From Candidatus Undinarchaeota archaeon (lineage in GTDB: Archaea > Undinarchaeota > Undinarchaeia > Undinarchaeales > JALTGF01), in the NCBI GenBank assembly GCA_964574035.1, contig CAZNLD010000005.1, forward strand, positions 1-62,719: 62,719 nucleotides of DNA. Reading direction: 5' to 3'. Positions 56,008 to 62,719 of the stretch are shown piece by piece; position 1 is the stretch's first letter, and every line of letters starts with the position of its first letter. A program made the position numbers and the translations under genes. Under the pieces are notes generated by a model. It had not been told where the DNA came from and made no database searches. It saw nothing but the letters and a program-made list of their open reading frames with translations.

Positions 56008-56576
56008 ATATAGACAACAATGTATTAGCTGGCTTGGTTATCGTCGCTATAGTTGTCGGAATTGCGGGAATTTACTCTGCATCATCCATACAAAGCTCGC
56101 CCTCGAGAGGCACAGGCCTTGTAACAGGAACTGCAAATGTAACCATTCCTTCAAGAGTACAAATTTCTCTGCCTGTAGATGGAATTGATTTCGGCAATGT
56201 GAACATATCTGATTCAGATGACACCGAAGATCTAAGCCCTGCACCGTTTGAAGTTCAGAACGACGGCAGTGTGGATGTAAACATAACAGTCTACGCTACA
56301 GACTTGTTCAGTGGATCAGGCGCATCAAATCCGTCAAGTTACTATCAGTTTAAGTCTGCAGAAAATGAAGCAGGATCTGTTGAGGACAGTGGCAGCGACT
56401 TAGTAACAACATGGACGAATATGCCAAACAGCACTTCACCTGCAACGTTCGCAACGAACATGAACTTCCCAAACAATAACGACAATCTGTACGGACATAT
56501 AAGTATAACTGTCCCAGATGACGAACCGGCAGGATCAAAGAGCTCAACGGTAACGTTTACTGCAAGCCAAGCATAA
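56004..56576 (+). CDS. Putative surface-fibre subunit, paralogue A1
   Basis: TM/signal helix, then GLVTGTANV, IDFGNV, PAPFEVQNDGSVDVNITV, TTWTNMP, VPDDEPAGSKSSTVTFTASQA. Paralogue of 58832-59380. GAGGAGGGG Shine-Dalgarno sequence. Confidence 0.7.
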   Translation: MNIDNNVLAGLVIVAIVVGIAGIYSASSIQSSPSRGTGLVTGTANVTIPSRVQISLPVDGIDFGNVNISDSDDTEDLSPAPFEVQNDGSVDVNITVYATDLFSGSGASNPSSYYQFKSAENEAGSVEDSGSDLVTTWTNMPNSTSPATFATNMNFPNNNDNLYGHISITVPDDEPAGSKSSTVTFTASQA

Positions 56577-56599
56577 ATAGTAAAATTCCAACTAAAGTA

Positions 56600-56630
56600 A
56601 AGGGGGAAAGCACCCCCTTCTTTTAATTTA
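56600..56630 (+). terminator. GC hairpin plus T-tract after paralogue A1
   Basis: AAGGGGG-AAAGCA-CCCCCTT (56600-56619) followed by CTTTTAATTT. Confidence 0.45.
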
Positions 56631-56698
56631 TATTATCTTGGTTTATCTGCCACGCATAGCAAAAACATATAAATCCAAGTAGTGTTTAATTTCTTAAT

Positions 56699-57916
56699 AT
56701 GACCCACAAATTATTGATTATGTCTGTAATATTTTTAATTATTTTAGCCGCCCCTGTTTTTTCTATAGGGATAACTCCAAGCAGAATAAAAACAGATTTC
56801 GAGGCAAATGAAAAAGCTTCTTTTGAATTTACGGTTTCAAATACAAAAAATACTCAAATTAACATTCAAATATATAAAAAAGGCGATCTGAAAGAATATA
56901 TCTCTTTATCGGAAACGGAGATTACATTAGGACCGGGAAAATCAAAAAAGCTGTCTTTTACAATAGATTATCCCTCCGAAATAACTCCCGGAAAACACGA
57001 TATAAGAATTGGAGCACTTGAGATAGCGGGAGGAGGAGCTGAAGATGGAACAGCTGTCGGAGCAGTTGGGGCGGTTGAACTTCAGTTTTGGGTTTATGCA
57101 AAGTATGAAGGCAAGTATTTAGATGTTTCATTAGGCGTTCCAGATGTTGCTGCTGGTGAAAAAATAGGTTTTACAGTATCTTTAGCAAGCAAAGGCACAG
57201 AAGATATTGAAGAGGCAAACGCAGAAATTAAAGTATATGACACTGCAGGCGAACATATAAAGACATTAAACACGGGTTCAACCTCTGTATCAGCAGACTC
57301 TACTGAAGAACTTTATGCTGAATGGGATCCGGGAAAACTGCCTGCTGGAGCTTATCAGGCGGAGGCACTTGTTTCTTATGACGGGGAAACTGCTCAAGCG
57401 GAAACTACTTTTAATATAGGAGAACTTTTCATAAAGATTGAGAATATATTTGTAGATAATATTCCTGCAGGAAGCATAGGAAAAGCAAAAATTGAAATTA
57501 ATAGTTTCTGGAACGAAAAAATTGAATCGGCATACGCAACTATTGACTTGATGTCAAATGGAAAAAGTATAAAATCATTCAAAAGCACTGTCTTTGATAT
57601 CCCTGCACAGGGATCTAAAACTGCGGAAGTTTTTATTGATTCTGAAGGTTTGGCTGAAAGGCAATATACTCTCTCTGTAAAAGTATACTATTCAAATAAA
57701 GTTGCTGAAAAAACCGGAACTCTTACAGTAGTTTCTCCGTCAGCACTTCCGAATATAACTCTTCTTGCAAGTGTCGTTATTTTAATTTTAATAATAATTA
57801 TAATAATCATTATTTATCTCTGGAATAAAAGAAAATCATCTGAAGTTAGAAGACCGAAAAAAATTCAACCAAAACAGGAGTATGCTTTCTATGAAGAACA
57901 GGAAGATGAGCTCTGA
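56699..57916 (+). CDS. Surface protein with three Ig/CARDB-like beta-sandwich modules and C-terminal TM anchor
   Basis: Signal helix. Module pattern F.F.V.N......I.I / L.PG..K...F.I..P....PG.H repeated 3 times. Anchor LLASVVILILIIIIIIIIYLWNKRK. Confidence 0.7.
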   Translation: MTHKLLIMSVIFLIILAAPVFSIGITPSRIKTDFEANEKASFEFTVSNTKNTQINIQIYKKGDLKEYISLSETEITLGPGKSKKLSFTIDYPSEITPGKHDIRIGALEIAGGGAEDGTAVGAVGAVELQFWVYAKYEGKYLDVSLGVPDVAAGEKIGFTVSLASKGTEDIEEANAEIKVYDTAGEHIKTLNTGSTSVSADSTEELYAEWDPGKLPAGAYQAEALVSYDGETAQAETTFNIGELFIKIENIFVDNIPAGSIGKAKIEINSFWNEKIESAYATIDLMSNGKSIKSFKSTVFDIPAQGSKTAEVFIDSEGLAERQYTLSVKVYYSNKVAEKTGTLTVVSPSALPNITLLASVVILILIIIIIIIIYLWNKRKSSEVRRPKKIQPKQEYAFYEEQEDEL

Positions 57917-58343
57917 AAAATTTAAATTTAATGGACGAATTGCTGCCCTTTTGGTTATTGCGGTTGTTTGCCTTATTCTTTTTTTAACAGTATTTGGTTT
58001 TTCTTTATTGAAATCTTTTCAAGTAAAACAGGCACAGGAAATCGATATGCAGTTAACCGTTGGAAATTACACCGGCTTTAATGTGAATACAAGTGCATTA
58101 TTTTTCGGTACTGTAGTTCCCGGGGGAACTTCAAAGAGAAGCATTAACATCCACAATCCATTAGAAACGCCTTTAAAAGTAATGTTAAGCATTGAAGGAG
58201 AATTAAGTCAATGGGCATTAGTTTCCAACAACTCTTTTGAGCTCAAACCTAACGAAAGCAGGGAAATTTTAATTGAGATAAATGTCCCGAGCTCAGCAGA
58301 GTTCGGAGAGTACAATAGTACATTTATAATAACTTTTAAATAG
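57882..58343 (+). CDS. N-terminally anchored single beta-sandwich protein, paralogue B1
   Basis: TM helix then FFGTVVPGGTSKRSINIHNP...LSQW...FELKPNESREILIEINVP...GEYNSTFIITFK. Confidence 0.65.
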   Translation: MLSMKNRKMSSEKFKFNGRIAALLVIAVVCLILFLTVFGFSLLKSFQVKQAQEIDMQLTVGNYTGFNVNTSALFFGTVVPGGTSKRSINIHNPLETPLKVMLSIEGELSQWALVSNNSFELKPNESREILIEINVPSSAEFGEYNSTFIITFK

Positions 58344-58344
58344 A

Positions 58345-58797
58345 GTGCAAATGACTAGTTTAAAGATAAATATGCAAAAAAGAAAGAGAAGCACAACATT
58401 ATATCACTTATTGTTTGTATCTTTATTACTTGTTTTGTGCATCGGTTTTGGCATTGGAATGCTGCACCAGCCAGCTCAAAGCCATCAGGAGCGTTTTGAT
58501 ATGGTTATAGTGGTTGGAGATAATCCGGAGCCAAATCTCGTTACTGGAGCCATGTCTTTGGGAAATATTCACTCTGGGGAAAGTTCAATTCAGTGGGTTG
58601 AAGTGGTTAATCCTTATAAAAAACAAAAAGAAGTGAACATACACATTAATGGTATTCTCAAGCAGTGGACGGATATCTCAGACAATGACTTTATTTTGAA
58701 ACCAAATGAAAGGAAAGAAGTGTTTTTCAATATAACCGCTCCAAAAGGAACTGAAACAGGCAGCTACATTAGCTTGGTTATAATAACTTTTAAATAA
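58345..58797 (+). CDS. N-terminally anchored single beta-sandwich protein, paralogue B2
   Basis: TM helix then SLGNIHSGESSIQWVEVVNP...LKQW...FILKPNERKEVFFNITAP...GSYISLVIITFK. GTG start at 58345 (ATG at 58351). Confidence 0.65.
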   Translation: MQMTSLKINMQKRKRSTTLYHLLFVSLLLVLCIGFGIGMLHQPAQSHQERFDMVIVVGDNPEPNLVTGAMSLGNIHSGESSIQWVEVVNPYKKQKEVNIHINGILKQWTDISDNDFILKPNERKEVFFNITAPKGTETGSYISLVIITFK

Positions 58798-58831
58798 TAA
58801 TCAAATCACTAAAGAGTAGGAAGTAATAAAA

Positions 58832-59380
58832 ATGGTAAGAGTAGATATAGTCAGTATAGTATTAGTAGTTTCAGTAATTTTATTATCGGGGATTTTTGTG
58901 CATAATATAACTGGTTTTGTTACGGGGACTGCTCAAGTTGAAGTACAAGGTGAGGCAGTCGTTTCCCTGCCAACCTCTTCTATTAATTTCGGACAAGTGG
59001 AAACAGGGGCAACAAACGATACTACCAACGATAGTCCACCTCCTTTTGTAATTCAAAATGACGGCAATGTTATATGTAATGTTACTATTGAAAGGGACCC
59101 ATCTACAACTCCTTTATTTAATGGAACAGGGGGAGGGGACAATACCGAATCCTTCCAGTATAAAGCAGATAACACTTCAGAAGCCGATTCTTTTAACTGG
59201 GGCGCATCATCAACAACCTGGACAAATGTTCCAGGCACTACCTCTCAGGAGTTTTTAAAGGAGCTTAATCATCAACGCCCACGTGACTCAGCAGAGGTGG
59301 ACTTGCGGATAAATGTCCCAGGAGACGAGCCCCCTGGCATTAAAACGGAATCTCTTATTTTTACCGCATATGAAGCTTAA
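58832..59380 (+). CDS. Putative surface-fibre subunit, paralogue A2
   Basis: GFVTGTAQV, INFGQV, PPPFVIQNDGNVICNVTI, TTWTNVP, VPGDEPPGIKTESLIFTAYEA. Confidence 0.7.
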   Translation: MVRVDIVSIVLVVSVILLSGIFVHNITGFVTGTAQVEVQGEAVVSLPTSSINFGQVETGATNDTTNDSPPPFVIQNDGNVICNVTIERDPSTTPLFNGTGGGDNTESFQYKADNTSEADSFNWGASSTTWTNVPGTTSQEFLKELNHQRPRDSAEVDLRINVPGDEPPGIKTESLIFTAYEA

Positions 59381-59385
59381 AAAAA

Positions 59386-60237
59386 ATGAATATTAATAAA
59401 AAGATAATAATCTCACTAATTACTTTTCTAATCCTTCTTAGTTTCCTTCAGTTTTCAATTACTGCCTACATTACTGCTACGGGCGAAATTGATATTAAAA
59501 TATTCAGTGCAATCAAAGGAAAGGAGGAAATAGAAATACCATTTCAGGAAGAGAATACCTGCGAATTCTATAATTTTACTAACCCAAATCTAACAGTTAA
59601 TTCTGTTAAGATATGTTCTTTAAAAAACATTTCAAATGCAGTACTAGAGCAGAAAAAATTAAACTGCTCTGCGCTCCCAGATCCTCCGAACATACAATAT
59701 GACTGCGTCCAATTTACAATTACTAATCTTCCGACCATTTCAATTGAATACATTACACTCTTTTTTAATGTTGAAAACAGCTGGATAGATTCAAATAATA
59801 TAGATACCAGCAAGATTTTAATGTACAAATTCTATTCAGGGTCCTGGAATCCTTTAACTACAGAAAAAACAGAAAGTGGCAATGAGTTTATGTCTTATGA
59901 ATCAGAAACGGATTCTTTTTCCTACTTTGCAATAACGGGAGAAAAGAAAGCTGAAAAGGAGGAAGAAGCACCTTCTGTAGGGGGCGGAGGAGGAACAGTT
60001 TCAGCACCAGCGCCGTCTCCGGCGCCGTCCCAGCCGAAAGAAGAGGAGCCGGAAAATGTTACAGTATCCGAGCCGGAAATCCCTAAACCATTGCTTGACA
60101 TTGGAGCTAAAATAGTTTCTGAAGCAAGAAGGTTCCACCCAGCGATTTATCTCTCTATCTTATCCTCTTTATTACTTATTTTAGCTGCCCTTCTAATCTT
60201 TTTCTATAAATTAAAGAAATTTTATATTAGTACTTAA
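59386..60237 (+). CDS. Surface protein with PGF-pre-PGF-like domain, Pro/Gly/Ala linker and C-terminal TM
   Basis: FFNVENSWIDSNNIDTSKILMYKFYSGSWNPLTTEKT...ETDSFSYFAITG resembles the PGF-pre-PGF domain. Linker GGGGGTVSAPAPSPAPSQP. Anchor AIYLSILSSLLLILAALLIFFYKLKK. Confidence 0.65.
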   Translation: MNINKKIIISLITFLILLSFLQFSITAYITATGEIDIKIFSAIKGKEEIEIPFQEENTCEFYNFTNPNLTVNSVKICSLKNISNAVLEQKKLNCSALPDPPNIQYDCVQFTITNLPTISIEYITLFFNVENSWIDSNNIDTSKILMYKFYSGSWNPLTTEKTESGNEFMSYESETDSFSYFAITGEKKAEKEEEAPSVGGGGGTVSAPAPSPAPSQPKEEEPENVTVSEPEIPKPLLDIGAKIVSEARRFHPAIYLSILSSLLLILAALLIFFYKLKKFYIST

Positions 60238-60276
60238 ATTATAAATTTATTTAAACCATCATAATTAACGTTAATT

Positions 60277-61158
60277 ATGAATCTGAAAGAAGTTTCAATT
60301 ATTTTCATTATTTTTTTCCTGCTATTGACGTTGCCAGCAAGTTCACAGTCAGATTTCTCTCTTAAGGCAGGCGTTCCAGAAGGATTAAATCAAGTAGCTC
60401 CAGGCGATTCACTTTATTTTTCAATTCAATTAATTAAATTTGAAGATAATCAAACACAGGATATTACTTTGCTGTATGATGTAAGGGACTGCGAAAACAA
60501 CACCTTACTGGAAAATAAAGAAACAATTGCAATTGAAACGACTGCTTCACTTGTAAGGTCTGTGAAAATTCCTCCCGATTTCAAACCGGGGACTTATTAT
60601 TTAGTTGTTGAAGCAGTTTATTCAGGACAGGAATTTCCCGCCCTTGCCATAGTAAGGTTTGAAGTTCTTCCGACTTTTTTCGGCATGTTTTTATATGAAC
60701 TTATCCCGCTTTTTTTAATTGCAGTTAGTACATTAATTATTTTACTGGTACTATTTCTCATTTACATACGCTCTGTAAAGAAAACATTCGTAAAATTCGA
60801 TTATTCACATATCCCAAAAGAAAAAAGACCCTATTTTGAAATTTTAAGTAAAGTAATATCAGCCCTGCGCTCACATGTAGGAAATAAAGCCATAAAATGT
60901 GTAAATGAAATAGAGGGTGTAAAAGTTTCAGATGAAGGCAAGGTATTAAAGATTGAAAAGGACCCTGCAGAGGTCCTTGCCATCTTAATTTCAAAATATC
61001 AGGAAATTGCAAAAGTTTCAAATGCAGTGGATAAACTCCTGCAGTCTGAGAAGAATAGAAGAATAAATAAACCAGTAGAAGACACGTTATCTCATGCAAG
61101 GGACTATATTAAATTAGTTAAAAAACTTAAAAGAGGCGATAAAAATGAAGAGCAGTAA
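60277..61158 (+). CDS. Bitopic protein: extracellular beta-sandwich, one TM, about 130-aa cytoplasmic domain
   Basis: Signal helix, CARDB-like VAPGDSLYFSIQL...PPDFKPGTYYLVVEAVY, TM LIPLFLIAVSTLIILLVLFLIYI, then a soluble tail. Its stop overlaps the receiver gene by 14 nt. Confidence 0.65.
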   Translation: MNLKEVSIIFIIFFLLLTLPASSQSDFSLKAGVPEGLNQVAPGDSLYFSIQLIKFEDNQTQDITLLYDVRDCENNTLLENKETIAIETTASLVRSVKIPPDFKPGTYYLVVEAVYSGQEFPALAIVRFEVLPTFFGMFLYELIPLFLIAVSTLIILLVLFLIYIRSVKKTFVKFDYSHIPKEKRPYFEILSKVISALRSHVGNKAIKCVNEIEGVKVSDEGKVLKIEKDPAEVLAILISKYQEIAKVSNAVDKLLQSEKNRRINKPVEDTLSHARDYIKLVKKLKRGDKNEEQ

Positions 61159-61546
61159 AATCAAAAAAAGGATCTTAGTTGTAGATAACGACAAAACAAC
61201 AGTGGGAACAATGTGCAGGCAGATATCCACTGGAAAATATACTCCAGTTGGGGTGCATGGCGCCCAGGAAGCGTGGGAAATAATTAATCAGAATAACATT
61301 GATGCAATCCTAATAGATATAATGATGCCGGATATTGATGGAATAACCTTTGCAGAGCAACTTTTGAAAAAAAACACGACAAAAAACACTCCGGTTATTC
61401 TCTTCAGTGCGCTCAGTATAAATTCAAAGGGTTTTGAGCATTCAGAAAGAATAAACCAACTTTCAAATGTGAAAGCAACACTTGAAAAGCCGTTTACAGC
61501 AGATAAATTAATCAAAACAATAGACAAATCAATAAACCAAAAATAA
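61145..61546 (+). CDS. Stand-alone response-regulator receiver domain (CheY-like)
   Basis: ILVVDND, LIDIMMPDIDG (phospho-Asp context), ILFSALS, EKPF. Confidence 0.85.
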   Translation: MKSSKIKKRILVVDNDKTTVGTMCRQISTGKYTPVGVHGAQEAWEIINQNNIDAILIDIMMPDIDGITFAEQLLKKNTTKNTPVILFSALSINSKGFEHSERINQLSNVKATLEKPFTADKLIKTIDKSINQK

Positions 61547-61554
61547 GTTTGTAA

Positions 61555-62706
61555 ATGAAGAAGAAAGAAAAACCGGTTATCTCGTACGATAAAAAACAAA
61601 TCGAAAGCTTCTTTGATAGCATCCCTGCTTTAATTTTCATTAAAGATAGGGAAGGCAGATTTATTCTAGTAAATAAAAAGATAGCTGATGCTCATAATTT
61701 ATCAAAAGAGGAGCTTATTGGGGCGAACACTTTTGATTTATATCCAAAAGAACACGCTCAAAAATATTTAGAAGATGATTTAGAAGTTATTAAATCAGGT
61801 AAACCAAAGGTAAATATATTCGAGCCATGGGTAACTAAAGAAGGTAAAAAATGGGTTATTACAAAGAAAACACCATATAAAGATAAGCACGGAAAAATAA
61901 TAGGTGTTACCGGAGTTTCTATAGATGTTACCGAAGAGAAAAAATTACAAGAAAGAATTATAAAACAACAAAACATTTTCACTAAAATAATAGTTCATGA
62001 ACTCAAATCGCCATTAATGAATATTGTAGGACTTTCAGATCTGATATTAAATGAAACATTCGGCAAAATACCTCAAAAGGCAAAGCAAGAATTAAAAACA
62101 ATTCTCAGTGAATCATTCAAAATCAAAGAGCGCATAGATAAGCTGTCATTCTCAGAACATCTGGAAGAAGCGCCAGATTCCTTAAATATTGTGCGGCTGA
62201 ATACTTCAGTTTACCTAAAAAAATTAAGAAAAGAAGTTCATGGTTTGCTTGCAACGAAATCAATTTCGCTGCGGATAAATAATAAAGCCGGTAATACGCC
62301 TTTTTATGCTGACCCTGAAAAACTTAGCCAGGTTTTCATCAATTTAATTGATAATTCAATAAAACACAGCAAACCCAAAACAACTATAACTATTTCAGCC
62401 AGAAAGTCTGGAAAGTATATGGTTTTTGAAGTACGCGACCAGGGCACCGGAATACCTGACGAGGAAATATCTAGCATATTTAAGAAATTTACCCAAGAAT
62501 CCAGTTACTTGCAAAGAAAACAGGAAGGATTAGGTCTTGGTCTTTACATTTGCAAGGAAATAATCAAACATATGCACGGCACAATAAAATGCAAAAGCAA
62601 AGTAGGGAAAGGGACAAAAATTACATTTACTCTCCCATTAAAAAAATGGGGGGGGGCGAAAGGCACAACAATGATTTTTACTTTGCCGTTAAAAAAGAAT
62701 AAGTAA
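61555..62706 (+). CDS. PAS-domain sensor histidine kinase (no TM segment)
   Basis: PAS (FIKDREGRFILVN...ITKKTPYKDKHGKIIGV), H-box VHELKSPL, N-box NLIDNSIKHS, G1 DQGTGIP, G2 GLGLGL. Duplicated C-terminal FTLPLKK segment. Confidence 0.9.
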   Translation: MKKKEKPVISYDKKQIESFFDSIPALIFIKDREGRFILVNKKIADAHNLSKEELIGANTFDLYPKEHAQKYLEDDLEVIKSGKPKVNIFEPWVTKEGKKWVITKKTPYKDKHGKIIGVTGVSIDVTEEKKLQERIIKQQNIFTKIIVHELKSPLMNIVGLSDLILNETFGKIPQKAKQELKTILSESFKIKERIDKLSFSEHLEEAPDSLNIVRLNTSVYLKKLRKEVHGLLATKSISLRINNKAGNTPFYADPEKLSQVFINLIDNSIKHSKPKTTITISARKSGKYMVFEVRDQGTGIPDEEISSIFKKFTQESSYLQRKQEGLGLGLYICKEIIKHMHGTIKCKSKVGKGTKITFTLPLKKWGGAKGTTMIFTLPLKKNK

Positions 62707-62719
62707 AAAGATTATATGT

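Noticed and set aside
1-62719. rRNA, tRNA, RNase P or SRP RNA genes
   Set aside because: All gaps over 150 bp were read by eye (2665-2858, 5992-6162, 20814-21349, 23594-23854, 24140-24710, 29321-29552, 38500-39137, 55439-55767). None shows tRNA cloverleaf or conserved rRNA blocks. A covariance-model scan (tRNAscan-SE, Infernal) would be needed to exclude small ncRNAs.

Overview
AT-rich (by eye, not computed), very gene-dense archaeal chromosome segment. The archaeal assignment rests on a family B polymerase fragment, PolD DP1/DP2, Orc1/Cdc6, Hef, RadB, CDC48 and a type-2 MetAP. The lineage (small-genome DPANN-like or euryarchaeal) is inference only. Many genes are translationally coupled through ATGA or TAATG overlaps. 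Core content: polB fragment-HAD-tsaC-map; a histone-fold-like gene; cdc48; radB. Next come a pyrD-pyrK-pyrC-prs-rpiA block and a minus-strand chain serS-aminotransferase-serA-malic enzyme-topA, then pepA. Further on: agmatinase, S2P protease, Get3/ArsA, purB and hef. A clear replication origin (ORB boxes plus an AT-rich element) lies directly upstream of an orc1/cdc6-DP1-DP2 operon. After that: ligT, thioredoxin, yjbQ, mgtE, an Lhr-like helicase, a PIN/RHH pair and a metallophosphoesterase. Two regions look accessory and are the best candidates for undescribed biology. (1) 20.8-28.0 kb is an ORFan block rich in winged-helix regulators and tiny membrane proteins. Its first 3.4 kb is bracketed by inverted arrays of a CTCACATTTC-type box, including a 23/28-nt inverted repeat. 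(2) 55.8-62.7 kb is an eight-gene co-directional locus of secreted or membrane-anchored beta-sandwich proteins. It contains two paralogue pairs and a PGF-pre-PGF-like protein, has no type IV pilus machinery in the window, and runs straight into a receiver/histidine-kinase pair. No rRNA, tRNA, CRISPR array, integrase or transposase was recognised. All function calls come from reading motifs in the supplied translations; no database search was run.
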